The notes under the pieces are model-generated. The model was not told the origin of the DNA and did no database searches. It saw only the letters and a program-made list of their open reading frames with translations. From Candidatus Latescibacterota bacterium (GTDB lineage: Bacteria > Latescibacterota > UBA2968): a stretch of DNA of 64,000 nt. Where the stretch lies: positions 4,512,001 to 4,576,000 of the forward strand of contig OZ242010.1 of NCBI GenBank assembly GCA_965204745.1, in the 5' to 3' direction. This document shows, piece by piece, positions 1 to 9,878 of the stretch (positions are counted from its first letter, which is position 1; each line of letters begins with the position of its first letter). The position numbers and the translations under genes were made by a program.

Positions 1-20
1 CAACAGCAAAAAAAAGTAAG

Positions 21-335
21 CGAGCGGGGTACAACTGCCCTAGCAGTTCAAAAATGCCGCTCTCAAACGCCGAGGGGCTTGCACAGCGCAAAGCGCTTTT
101 GTAACAGAACGATATACGCCAGCCTGCAAGGTGGGTTGCAAGATGGGCGTTGGTTGCGAGACGGCCTTGCGCGCTGTGCGTGATGGCTTGATCGGAGGGT
201 GTTTTGCGATGGCACTTGTTGGGATGCCTGCTTTGAACTGCGGAACGTCAGGGCTTGATTTTCTCGATAAACCGCTCGTGCCTTTGAACGGGCTATCGCC
301 TTTTGTGCCTTTTGTGCCTTTTGTGGCTAAAATCC
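21..335. repeat. Dispersed intergenic repeat family A copies (gagcggggtacaactg...gttcaaa motif and ttttgtgcc triplet)
   Basis: Motif at about 21-55 and its reverse complement at about 272-335; the same modules recur at about 29.4k, 33.8k, 45.95k and 63.0-63.2k. Confidence 0.7.
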
Positions 336-374
336 CATCTTTCCTCTCGCCCTTCAATTGATCGGGTTGACGAT

Positions 375-1574
375 ATGATGAAAAAACGATTTCTATTGAT
401 TTTCGCGCTCGCCGCATTGCTCGGCGGGTGCAGTACCGAGAAGCGCAATCCAGCGGGCGGGGCCTTGGTTGGGCGCGATGCAGGGGATGCGGTCGCAGTG
501 TCCGATATTCCGCTGCGGCCCGCGTTGTCCCGATCCTTTCAGATGCGATTTTTCCCCATTCGCATGGGGGAACGAGAGGAATTGCTGGTCGGGCAGATGA
601 ATGGGTTTTTGTTGCGGAGCCTGTTGCGTTTCACCGTGCCTATCGGCACATGGGCTGAAAATGCGGGCGGCACAGCAACGGAGTTGACGCTCGATTCCCT
701 GCGTGTCAACTTGGGCATTCGGGCCTCGCGCCTGGTCGAAAATGCGTCTCTTGCCGCGCTGATACCCGATTCGCCGTGGGAAGAACTCCAAACTTTTGTC
801 GATACGCTCTCCCTGACCGAGACCGAGGTGCTGGCGACGCCCATTGCCGGCGCGGTAACGCAGGTGCTCGAAAACCGCGTGCAGATCGCGTTGCCGGTGT
901 CGGTCTTGGAGGATGCGCGACGGGCAGAACCCAATCTGCCGACTGTGGAACTCCTATTGCAACCCGAGGGCGCGGCGGAGTTTTTGCTCGATCTCTTTGC
1001 ACGCGAAGCCACGTCCGCTGATTCGGCCCATCCCACCTTGGAAGTGGTGTATCGGGTGGGCGAGGTGTCCGAGCGCGAGGTGGTTCAAGTCGATGCGGAT
1101 ACCTATTGGAATGCGCGGGTCGATGGCGGGCCGCCGGAGGATTTGCTGATTCTCTCCGAAGGCTTGTTTTACGGTAGCATCCTGCATTTTGACCTGCCCG
1201 CGGAGATTCCCCCGGGCGCGACCATCAATTCGGCCAAATTGCGGTTTGCGATGGATCTGGATCGCTCCTATTTTTCGTCTTTGCCCTTTGGCATCTATCG
1301 CCTGACGTTTTCAGAAGGCGCGCGCGACACCGCGTTCACAGCGTATCATACGGACATAGAAGCCGAACCGACAACCGCGACTTATACCTTCAACCAAACC
1401 CTGATTCAGGAGTGGGTATCGGGCGTGCGGGAGAATCAGGGCTTGGCATTGTCGCCGCTCGATTTTACCACGTCGATATTGGGGGTGCCCATAACTTCGC
1501 CCCCGCTCATCAGGTGGCTCGTTTTGAAAGACGTGCGTTTGGACCTCATCTACTCCACACCTCCGGAATTGTAA
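375..1574 (+). CDS. Hypothetical lipoprotein
   Basis: MMKKRFLLIFALAALLGGC signal peptide with lipobox; C-terminal 'IPPGATINSAKL...EWVSG..NQGL' resembles a DNRLRE-type domain; ATG at 375 preferred over 303. Confidence 0.75.
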   Translation: MMKKRFLLIFALAALLGGCSTEKRNPAGGALVGRDAGDAVAVSDIPLRPALSRSFQMRFFPIRMGEREELLVGQMNGFLLRSLLRFTVPIGTWAENAGGTATELTLDSLRVNLGIRASRLVENASLAALIPDSPWEELQTFVDTLSLTETEVLATPIAGAVTQVLENRVQIALPVSVLEDARRAEPNLPTVELLLQPEGAAEFLLDLFAREATSADSAHPTLEVVYRVGEVSEREVVQVDADTYWNARVDGGPPEDLLILSEGLFYGSILHFDLPAEIPPGATINSAKLRFAMDLDRSYFSSLPFGIYRLTFSEGARDTAFTAYHTDIEAEPTTATYTFNQTLIQEWVSGVRENQGLALSPLDFTTSILGVPITSPPLIRWLVLKDVRLDLIYSTPPEL

Positions 1575-1575
1575 T

Positions 1576-2739
1576 ATGATGCGAATCTTGCTCGCTTTGG
1601 GTCTCGCGCTCGCGCTGGTGTTGCCGGCGCAGGCGAAGACGATTTTTTCTTTTTCTGGCATTGGCGATCCGGTCAGGCGCGTGGATGCGCGGTCGCGCAG
1701 TATGGGCGGCGCGGGCCGCTCGCTCGCCGATGGCCTCAATTTTTCCTCGCACAACCCCGCGCTGTTGGCGTCTTTTTTGAGGGCCGCGGCGAGTGTGCAA
1801 TTTGGGGTGCAACACCGGTTTTTGACCGGGGACCGCGCTGTCAATGACGGCGATGTGGGGGCGTTTCAAGTCGTGCTGCCGATGGGGCGCGGGCCGGTTT
1901 TGGGCATTGGCCTCGAGCCGCTTACCGATATGGATTTCGGCGCGGTTACAGATCGCGGCACGGGTGATTTGGCGTATCGGTTGGAGGTGGAAGCGACCGG
2001 GGGCATCCAAGCGATTTCCTTCGGGCTTGGGCATCGGTTCGGGCGCAAGTTTTTGGTGGGCGGGCGCGTCAATTGGGTGGCGATGGGCACGTTGAACGAG
2101 TCTTGGTTGAAGAATTTTGACCGCGATGATGTGTTTTTTTCCCGGGACGAAATCACGCGCACGCACCGCGGATGGTCGCCATCACTTGGCGTCATCGCCA
2201 TGCCCACGCCGCGCTGGAGCCTGGGCGCGACTGTCGATATCGGAGGCACTATCAGACAGCGTCAGATCCAAAAAAATCGCTTTGTGGATCAAAACCTAGC
2301 CCGCGAGGTCACGACCGAGAGCGACGTGGAACTGCCCCGGGAATTTGGCGCGGGCATCACCTATTTTGCGGGCTATCGCTGGCTGGCATCGGTCGATGTG
2401 TCGCGGGGGTTGTGGGCCGCGACTGGTAGCGGGCGGTTCGATACTTGGGATATCAGCGCGGGGATGTTGTGGCGCGCGGGAAGCCCGGACCCGCTGGTGC
2501 GGAGCCGCCGCTTTGAACTCTGCGCGGGCGTGCATTACCGATCCCTGTATTTTCCGACGACATCCGGCGAGCAGATCGGCGAATGGGGGGCCAGCTTTGG
2601 CTTTGCATTGCCGTTTGTAAAAAACAGCGGGCGGTTTCGCTATACGGTCGAGGTGGGAAGGCGCGGCAACCACGCCGCGCACGGCGCGTCAGAGCGGTTT
2701 ATCCAGCAGGTTTTTTCCGTGGTCGGTTTTGCAAAATAA
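1576..2739 (+). CDS. Outer-membrane beta-barrel protein (FadL/OmpP1-like)
   Basis: Signal peptide, 'ARSRSMGGAG...NPA' motif, amphipathic strands, near-terminal Phe. Confidence 0.7.
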   Translation: MMRILLALGLALALVLPAQAKTIFSFSGIGDPVRRVDARSRSMGGAGRSLADGLNFSSHNPALLASFLRAAASVQFGVQHRFLTGDRAVNDGDVGAFQVVLPMGRGPVLGIGLEPLTDMDFGAVTDRGTGDLAYRLEVEATGGIQAISFGLGHRFGRKFLVGGRVNWVAMGTLNESWLKNFDRDDVFFSRDEITRTHRGWSPSLGVIAMPTPRWSLGATVDIGGTIRQRQIQKNRFVDQNLAREVTTESDVELPREFGAGITYFAGYRWLASVDVSRGLWAATGSGRFDTWDISAGMLWRAGSPDPLVRSRRFELCAGVHYRSLYFPTTSGEQIGEWGASFGFALPFVKNSGRFRYTVEVGRRGNHAAHGASERFIQQVFSVVGFAK

Positions 2740-2754
2740 CAACGGCGGGACAAT

Positions 2755-3915
2755 TCAAACGGCTTGTGTCCGGGGCGTGCGCGCCCGGAGGCGGCCGTTT
2801 TTTATTTTTTGAATGACCGGGTCGGTCAGCAGGTAGAGGAAGGACAGGCCAACCCCCGTGCATAAGAAGTACAGGGGGACTGCTGCGGGAGCAATGGATT
2901 CGAGGCAGACCATCGCGAGGAGGCCCTGCGGCAGGAGCGGCAACCAGGCGCGCACGGATTGCGCGGCGAAGCGGCGCGACAGCAGACCCCCTGCAATTTT
3001 GCCCAAAACCATCGCCGCAATCAGCGCGAAAAAGTGGGGGGGAACAGGGGGGATGGGCCACGCAAAACCGCTGACATAGTGCGCCAGAGCAAAGCCGATG
3101 AGGACTTCGGCTTTGGGCAGACGCGCGCGCGGCCTCAAGCCGCGTTTGGTTCGGCAGGACAAGGCGAGGCCCGCGGTCCAAGCCAAAAACAGGGGCGGAA
3201 CGCCCAGATGCCACGAGGCCAAGGCGATCGGGAACGCGAGGCCGAGCCAACTCGTAAATTGCCCGGTGGGCGTGCGGATCTGCCGCAGCCAGTGGTGGGA
3301 CAATTCAATGCCGACAAGCCCGATCAGAACGGCCAAGGCGATGTCTGCCGCGCGGTCTGGCGAAACGCGATTGTTCCAGATCGCATCCCCCAGATCGACG
3401 AGCGAGAACAAAAACAGCCCCATGGTCGCGACGAGCAACGACAGGGGCCAGGTGTCTCGCAAGGTGTGTTCGGCGCGTTCCAAAAATACCGGGGCAGAAA
3501 TGCCGGACAAGATGGCGAGTTGTACTGCGGAGAGCCAGGGCAGGTCAAAGAAGATGAGCGCGAGAAACGCGGTCAGCACGGGCGCGAGATACAGGCAGAG
3601 ACCGCCCGCGAGCAAGCGCGGATTGGCAAACAGGGGGCGGGAGATCGGCGTGCCCAAGTAAAGGCCGACCCATGCCAGGGCCACATCGGCAAAGGGCTGC
3701 AAATTTTGATGGTTTTCAGGGGTTATGATGGGCGCGTAACCCAGTGCGAGGCCCGCGGCGATCACGCCCATCACGCTGGGCAATTTGGCGCGGTTGCCCA
3801 AGCGTGCGCCCACCATCGCGGCCGTCATCAAAAAGCCCACGAGCGCCATGAGCGGCGGCGAGGGGAGCAGCCAAATTGCGATGCCAATACCGAGTGTGAT
3901 GCACAGCAGACGCAT
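2755..3915 (-). CDS. Divergent cation:proton antiporter-like membrane protein
   Basis: Multiple TM helices, 'KLPSVMG.I.AG..LG' and 'LLPQG' motifs of CPA-type exchangers. Confidence 0.55.
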   Translation of the reverse strand: MRLLCITLGIGIAIWLLPSPPLMALVGFLMTAAMVGARLGNRAKLPSVMGVIAAGLALGYAPIITPENHQNLQPFADVALAWVGLYLGTPISRPLFANPRLLAGGLCLYLAPVLTAFLALIFFDLPWLSAVQLAILSGISAPVFLERAEHTLRDTWPLSLLVATMGLFLFSLVDLGDAIWNNRVSPDRAADIALAVLIGLVGIELSHHWLRQIRTPTGQFTSWLGLAFPIALASWHLGVPPLFLAWTAGLALSCRTKRGLRPRARLPKAEVLIGFALAHYVSGFAWPIPPVPPHFFALIAAMVLGKIAGGLLSRRFAAQSVRAWLPLLPQGLLAMVCLESIAPAAVPLYFLCTGVGLSFLYLLTDPVIQKIKNGRLRARTPRTQAV

Positions 3916-3925
3916 GGGAATCGCC

Positions 3926-5143
3926 TTATGCGTGGGATTGCGGTGAATTTGTGGGCGGAACCAGGACGAGTTGGCTGAGGAACGCGGCCATCACCAGGCC
4001 CGTCATGAACGCATTGTGCTGAAATTCGAGGAGGTACACGGCTTGCGCGGCCAACGCCACGGCCAGGGTACCTTGGGGATGCCAACTGATGGCGAATAAG
4101 TCGCGCCCAGTGCGCGGGATTTCCCAGAGGTTTTGCGAGAACGCGAACCCAATGGTGCGGCCCATGCCGCGCACGAGCAACATGGTGAACGCGAGCGGCA
4201 AAAGCGGGGACCAGGCGAAAAATGGCCCGTTGACAAATTCCCCGATGAGCGTGCCGAGCAGCGCGAAAAAGATCGGCTCTATCACGTCATTCGCGCGCGC
4301 GGTAAATTCCGCGACCTCGCGCTTGGCCACGGTGGCGTTGATCAGCCACGCCCCCGCGAGAAAGCCCACGCCGAGCGCGGGCAGGCCCGGGGCTTGGGAC
4401 AAGCCAAACAGGGCGATCGCGATGCCCATCACCAGGCTCATGGCGCGGGACCCGGTGCGGTGGCTGCGAAACGAAAAATCGAGCGCGACGCCCCCTGCGA
4501 CCCCCAAGCCGAGCATGAGCAACGCCATCCCCATCGGGCCTATGAAGGTCTGGTTGCCAAACGAAAAGATGGGTTGCGCTGCGGTCAGGGGAAACGCGAC
4601 GCACAATATGACCATCGCGGCGATGTTGCTAAGGGGAAGGTCTTGGCCCGAAATCCGGTGGGGAAGGCCGCGGTTGGGCCACTGAAAAAAAGGCGCGGGC
4701 AAGCGCGTGGCAAGGGCAAAGCTGGCGAGCAGGACGGCGGCGATGGGCAAATTTTGCACCAAGCCCAAGTCGCGGTACAGGGTCTCGTCGCTGGCCAGGA
4801 CCGCGAGAATCGCAAACCCGCCCGTGGCGAGCGCGCCGGCCACTTGCGCGTAGATCCCCGAAAGCCCGGCATTTCGCAGGTGTTGGAGGTTCGCCGACAG
4901 CCCGGTTTGCAGGCCGACCCACAGGAGAATCGCGCCGATGCAATTCGACCGCACCAGGTCAAACGGTTGGAACAGTGCGTCGGCTTTGGGGAAAAACAGC
5001 CCGACGAGAACCCCCACGATCAGGTAATGCAACCTGCCCAGTCGCAAGCTGTCTAGCAAGGGATAGGGCGGGGTTCGCCGAAAGAGTTCGCGTCCAAAAA
5101 AAAATGTGCCAAAACCCGCGATTAAGCTCAAAATAAAAGCCAT
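3926..5143 (-). CDS. Cation:proton antiporter-like membrane protein
   Basis: About 12 TM segments, 'EPIFFALLG', 'RGMGR', 'PQGTLAVALA' motifs. Confidence 0.6.
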   Translation of the reverse strand: MAFILSLIAGFGTFFFGRELFRRTPPYPLLDSLRLGRLHYLIVGVLVGLFFPKADALFQPFDLVRSNCIGAILLWVGLQTGLSANLQHLRNAGLSGIYAQVAGALATGGFAILAVLASDETLYRDLGLVQNLPIAAVLLASFALATRLPAPFFQWPNRGLPHRISGQDLPLSNIAAMVILCVAFPLTAAQPIFSFGNQTFIGPMGMALLMLGLGVAGGVALDFSFRSHRTGSRAMSLVMGIAIALFGLSQAPGLPALGVGFLAGAWLINATVAKREVAEFTARANDVIEPIFFALLGTLIGEFVNGPFFAWSPLLPLAFTMLLVRGMGRTIGFAFSQNLWEIPRTGRDLFAISWHPQGTLAVALAAQAVYLLEFQHNAFMTGLVMAAFLSQLVLVPPTNSPQSHA

Positions 5144-5431
5144 GAAACACCTGCTCGTTGGGAGAAATGGCGGCGTCTTGAGTGCGGTGGATTATACTTT
5201 TTTCCGCGCACAGAGTCAAGGCAGAAGTGCCCGCCCCCCGCCCTTGACAGTCCGGAACATAAGGCTTATATTCGCGGGTGGTTAAGACGCGACCGGGCAG
5301 ACGGGAAAGGCGAAAAGCACCCCCAAACAAACCCATCAGAACGCGGATGAGAGGCATGTCCTACGCGGTTAAAGCGTTCCAACGCAGGCCCCGTGCTCGC
5401 CTGCTTCAGCATAACGAGAGGTGGCGTTCCC

Positions 5432-5863
5432 ATGCAGGTGTTGACGCACAGCGCGCCGAGTTTGTACGAGCATCTCGACGCATTTGCCGATGTGGTCGAA
5501 TCGGCCATTCGGATCGCGGGCGTTTCAGAAGACGAGCGCGGCGACTTGATGGTCGCGGTCATGGAGGCGTTGAACAACGCGATTGACCACGGCAATGGCG
5601 AAGATGCGTCTCGGCAAGTGCATCTCAAGATCGATGTCCAACCCGCGTCCCTCACGGTTTGGGTGCGAGACGAGGGGCGGGGCTTCGATCCGGGTGCGAC
5701 GCGAGATCCGTGTGCGCCGGAAAATTTGATGCGCGATTCCGGGCGCGGGCTTTTGATGATGCGCGCCTTTATGGACGAAGTGGATCTCAGGCCCTCGCAA
5801 ACGGGCACGTTGGTGAAGATGGTCAAGTATTTTCCCGCTGAATCATCCCCATCCCACAGTTGA
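5432..5863 (+). CDS. Anti-sigma factor / RsbW-like ATP-binding protein (HATPase_c)
   Basis: EALNNAIDHG, DEGRGF and SGRGL boxes. Confidence 0.85.
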   Translation: MQVLTHSAPSLYEHLDAFADVVESAIRIAGVSEDERGDLMVAVMEALNNAIDHGNGEDASRQVHLKIDVQPASLTVWVRDEGRGFDPGATRDPCAPENLMRDSGRGLLMMRAFMDEVDLRPSQTGTLVKMVKYFPAESSPSHS

Positions 5864-5873
5864 GGAGGATGCC

Positions 5874-6176
5874 ATGCAAACGGTCATTTCAGGACATCAC
5901 TACCAAGTTTCGGACGCGACTCGCGGCCATATCAAAGCGGCGGTGGCGCGGTTCGAGCGGTTTTACAATCCGGTGCTGGATTGCCACGTCACCATCACCA
6001 AAGAAGAGCATGCCTTTCGCGTGGATATGATCGTCAATGTCCATAAGCACACCCTCAAAGCGTCGGACGAGGGCATCAAACTCTATCCCGCCATCGATGC
6101 GGCCGGCAAGAAGATGGTGCGTCAGTTGAAGAAGTTGCACGACCGCCGCAGAAAACCGCGTCCCGCCGCGGTTTAA
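5874..6176 (+). CDS. hpf: Ribosome hibernation promoting factor (HPF/RaiA)
   Basis: 'ISGHH', 'LYPAID...KMVRQLKK' pattern; GAGGAG RBS; sits upstream of hprK. Confidence 0.9.
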   Translation: MQTVISGHHYQVSDATRGHIKAAVARFERFYNPVLDCHVTITKEEHAFRVDMIVNVHKHTLKASDEGIKLYPAIDAAGKKMVRQLKKLHDRRRKPRPAAV

Positions 6177-6199
6177 GGGCTTAAAGTGAGGCATACGCC

Positions 6200-7168
6200 A
6201 TGCCACAAATTTCGGTTGGCAAGCTGGTCAAAGAGTACGGCGACCAACTCGCGCTGACCCTCGTCGCAGGGCAAGGCGGGGTCGGCAATACGCTCTCGAC
6301 GAGCGATGTGCATCGGCCCGGTCTCGCACTCGCGGGCTTTCTCGGGCTTTTTACGTTTGACCGGGTTCAGGTGATGGGCAACACGGAGATGCTGTATTTG
6401 GCGAGTCTCGAGCAGGATGAGCAGCGCAAAACCCTCGAAACCATTTTTCAGTTTGAAATTCCCTGCGTGGTGATCACAGACGACAACGAGGTGATGCCCG
6501 AGATGATCGCCTTGTCCAATGCCCGCGATATTCCCCTGTTGACCACGCCGTTTGCCACCACCAAGTTCGCCCACCTCTTGTCTTATTATCTCGACGATGT
6601 GTTTGCCCCGCGCACGGCCATTCACGGTTCCCTGGTCGACGTGTACGGTATTGGGCTGTTGTTCGTCGGCGAGAGTGGGATTGGCAAAAGCGAGATCTCC
6701 GTGGATTTGGTCGAGCGCGGTCACCGCTTGGTCGCCGACGATGTGGTGATCGTGTCGCGCAAGGTGCAGGGCCTGATCGTGGGCAGCAGCGGCGATACCC
6801 TGCGCGATCACATGGAAATCCGCGGCTTGGGCATTTTGAATGTCCGCAACATGTTTGGGGTGCGCGCGGTTCGCATGCAAAAGCGCGTGGAGGTGGTCGT
6901 CAAGCTCATCAAATGGGATGACTCCGCGGCGTATGACCGCATCGGCCTCGACGAGGACTGGGTGTCGATTCTCGACGTCGAGGTGCCGCAGGTGACCGTG
7001 CCGATCTATCCGGGAAAAAATATCACGGTGATCGCCGAAACGATAGCCCTGAATTACCAACTCAAAATTCAGGGCTACCACACGGCACAAGAATTTAACC
7101 GCCGCTTGTTGGCGCGCATAAAAAACAAGCTGCGAGATGATATGCAGGTGCGCGCGGATATCGAGTGA
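6200..7168 (+). CDS. hprK: HPr(Ser) kinase/phosphorylase
   Basis: RPGLALAG, GESGIGKSE, HRLVADD and EIRGLGI motifs. Confidence 0.97.
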   Translation: MPQISVGKLVKEYGDQLALTLVAGQGGVGNTLSTSDVHRPGLALAGFLGLFTFDRVQVMGNTEMLYLASLEQDEQRKTLETIFQFEIPCVVITDDNEVMPEMIALSNARDIPLLTTPFATTKFAHLLSYYLDDVFAPRTAIHGSLVDVYGIGLLFVGESGIGKSEISVDLVERGHRLVADDVVIVSRKVQGLIVGSSGDTLRDHMEIRGLGILNVRNMFGVRAVRMQKRVEVVVKLIKWDDSAAYDRIGLDEDWVSILDVEVPQVTVPIYPGKNITVIAETIALNYQLKIQGYHTAQEFNRRLLARIKNKLRDDMQVRADIE

Positions 7169-7208
7169 TTAGGTCGTGTTGACATTTTATTTTTTACGTG
7201 AGGAATCC

Positions 7209-8144
7209 ATGAAGTTGAAATGTTTTGTCTTCGGCGCATTGTTGATTGGCGCGATTGGATGTGGGGAGCAACGGGATGCGCGGGAAAGCGACGCCCAACG
7301 CGCCCTGGCTTCTGCGCGGGATTTGGAAGAGGAATTGGCGGATTTGCCGCAGGCCATTGCGCGGTATGGCGAGATCGCGGCGCAATTCCCAAGTACGCAA
7401 GCAGCGCGCGTAGCGCAGTCGCGTCGGGCCATGCTCGAACAGGCACAGACGCGCTTGGCGGACAGAGATAGCATTTCCCAAGACAGCACGCAGGTCTTTT
7501 ACGAGGCGGTGGTCGAAATCGCGCCCGATTATTTTGCCGCGCTGAAAAAACTCGGCACGAATTACAGCAACCAACTGTACTTGAGCACGCTCTTGGCAGT
7601 GAGAATGGAGATGGAATCGACAAAAGATCACAGCTTGTCGATCTGGGCGAAACAGGACAGCATGTGGTCGCGCTATGATTTTCGGCCCATCCCGTCGAAC
7701 CGCGAATGGCAGGATCAGTTGTGCAAGGACGCGCTGAATGTCACGGAAATGCTGATCGCCCAAGCGTTCCGGGATTACGACCATGCGTTGGCGGTGATCA
7801 ACCGGGGCTTGGCGTATGCCTCGGGCAAAGACGTGATTTCACGCGCCAAAGTGTACGCGGCGTATTGCGTATTTTGGCAGGGCAAACCATCGGATCTCCA
7901 ACGGGGCATCGCGCTGGCAAACGAGGCCCTGAGCTACGAATTTTTGTCGGATAATGCTCGCGCCCGCGCCTATCACGTCATCGGCTTGTGCCATAGGTAT
8001 ATCTATGAAAATTCAAAGGATGTAGCGGATCTCGACAAGGCGATCAAAGCCCTCAACGAGGCCGTGAATATCGACGAGAAGATGGACGAGGCGCGGAAGT
8101 TGCTCAAAGAATCGCGCCAACAACGCGCAAAGATGGCGTCATAG
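7209..8144 (+). CDS. TPR-like lipoprotein
   Basis: Lipobox AIGC, helical TPR-like repeats, GAGG RBS. Confidence 0.7.
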   Translation: MKLKCFVFGALLIGAIGCGEQRDARESDAQRALASARDLEEELADLPQAIARYGEIAAQFPSTQAARVAQSRRAMLEQAQTRLADRDSISQDSTQVFYEAVVEIAPDYFAALKKLGTNYSNQLYLSTLLAVRMEMESTKDHSLSIWAKQDSMWSRYDFRPIPSNREWQDQLCKDALNVTEMLIAQAFRDYDHALAVINRGLAYASGKDVISRAKVYAAYCVFWQGKPSDLQRGIALANEALSYEFLSDNARARAYHVIGLCHRYIYENSKDVADLDKAIKALNEAVNIDEKMDEARKLLKESRQQRAKMAS

Positions 8145-8189
8145 AAGTGGTCAGTGGTCAATGCGAATAAAGCGTTGCATCCATTTATT

Positions 8190-8390
8190 GGGACCTACCC
8201 CCCTGGCCCCCCTTCCTCACAGGAAGGGGGGAATGGCGAGAGGTTGTGCGAGGGGTTTGGGTTTCCATGGCGTGATCTATTTGCTCAAAGCCATCAGAAC
8301 AGCCAGGGAGACAAACCTTCAAAAAACCATGCGCTCCCCCTTTCCTTGTAGGAAAGGGGGCCGGGGGGATAGGTCCTACGAGGAAGGGGA
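8190..8390. repeat. Dispersed palindromic repeat family B (gggacctaccccc...aggaagggg / cccctttcct..aggaaagggg..gataggtcc)
   Basis: Same modules at about 33.5-33.7k, 48.0-48.25k, 59.05-59.4k and 61.26-61.37k. Confidence 0.8.
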
Positions 8391-8561
8391 AGAACATCTA
8401 TCGTTTGTTTTAGGACGAGTTCTAAAAGGCGATTCGGTAATGGATGACTCGTCCATGTCTTTGGGCGATTGGTCTCGGCTTGCTTCCTGCTCGCTTTCTA
8501 CTCTTAATTCGCATTGTCAGTTGTCAGTCCACTTTGCACGCTACACTTACCTCGCGTTTTT

Positions 8562-9878
8562 ATGAAAAAAATCGTTTGCAAATTTGGCGGGTCATCGGTT
8601 GCCGATGCCGAGCAGATCGAGAAGGTGGTGTCGATAGTGCAGAGCGACGACCGGCGGCGGTTTGTCGTTCCGTCCGCGCCCGGCAAGCGGTCCGATGGCG
8701 ATACAAAAATTACCGATTTGCTCTATTTGTGCCACGAACTCGCGCGGCAAAACATCGACTTTTCCGAGGCGTTTGACAAAATCCGCACGCGATTTTTAGA
8801 CCTCGCAACCGCGCTCGGGTTGTCGCTCGATATGGATGGCTTGCTCGATGAAATCGGCCGCCTGATCAAAGAAGGCGCGGGCCGCGATTGCGTGGCCTCT
8901 CGCGGCGAATATCTGAGTGGGCGCGTTTTGGCCGAGGTCTTGGGTGCCGCGTTTGTCGATCCCGCAGAGGTGATTCTCTTCCGCTCGGATGGGCGTTTTG
9001 ACAGCGATGCGTCTCATGCCCGGTTGCGGGCGCGATTGGCCGAGGATCGCCGCTACGTGATTCCCGGGTTTTACGGCGCAGATGCCGAGGGCGAGATCGC
9101 GACATTTTCGCGCGGCGGGTCGGATATTACCGGCGCGATTGTGGCCCGTGCAGTGGGCGCGTCGGTGTACGAAAACTGGACCGATGTCTCTGGGTTGCTC
9201 ATGGCGGACCCGCGCATGGTGAGCGATCCCTTGCCCGTCGAGGAAATTACCTACCGCGAGATGCGCGAATTGGCCTATATGGGCGCCGATGTTTTTCACG
9301 ACGAAGCCATGTTTCCGGTGCGCTCGGCTGAAATCCCGGTTCACATCCTCAATACCAATCGCCCCGATGACGCGGGCACGCGAATCGTACCGCGCCGAGC
9401 GCGCGCAGATCGCATGATCGCCGGCGTGGCGGGCAGGCCCAATTTTAGCATGCTCTTTATCGAAAAAGCCATGATGAATCAGACGAGGGGATTTGGGCAA
9501 CGGGTTTTAGAGGTGGTCGCGCGGCACGGGATCAGCTACGACCACACGCCTTCAGGCATCGATACGATGTCGGTCATTATCCAAGATGAACAGTTGGCGC
9601 ACAAAGGCGAGCTCCTCGTGGAAGACATTCAGCGCATCCTCGAACCGGACCGCGTTGAACTCATTCGCGGCCTCGCGCTGATCGCCACGGTCGGCGAGGG
9701 CATGGCGCATCGGGTGGGCATTGCAGCGCGGTTGTTTTCCGCACTGGCCGATGCCGGGGTCAATGTGCGGGTGATCGATCAAGGGGCTTCGGAAATCAAT
9801 ATTATCGTGGGCGTCAAAGAGGCCGATCTCGACCGCGCCCTCGTCGCCATTTACCGAGCGTTTGTCACGCAAAAATGA
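8562..9878 (+). CDS. lysC: Aspartate kinase
   Basis: KFGGSS, VPSAPG, FSRGGSD and WTDVSG motifs; C-terminal ACT domains. Confidence 0.93.
   Translation: MKKIVCKFGGSSVADAEQIEKVVSIVQSDDRRRFVVPSAPGKRSDGDTKITDLLYLCHELARQNIDFSEAFDKIRTRFLDLATALGLSLDMDGLLDEIGRLIKEGAGRDCVASRGEYLSGRVLAEVLGAAFVDPAEVILFRSDGRFDSDASHARLRARLAEDRRYVIPGFYGADAEGEIATFSRGGSDITGAIVARAVGASVYENWTDVSGLLMADPRMVSDPLPVEEITYREMRELAYMGADVFHDEAMFPVRSAEIPVHILNTNRPDDAGTRIVPRRARADRMIAGVAGRPNFSMLFIEKAMMNQTRGFGQRVLEVVARHGISYDHTPSGIDTMSVIIQDEQLAHKGELLVEDIQRILEPDRVELIRGLALIATVGEGMAHRVGIAARLFSALADAGVNVRVIDQGASEINIIVGVKEADLDRALVAIYRAFVTQK

Noticed and set aside
8154-8565. Short ORFs in family B repeats (also at about 33.5k, 48.0k and 59.3k)
   Set aside because: They are translations of non-coding palindromic repeats
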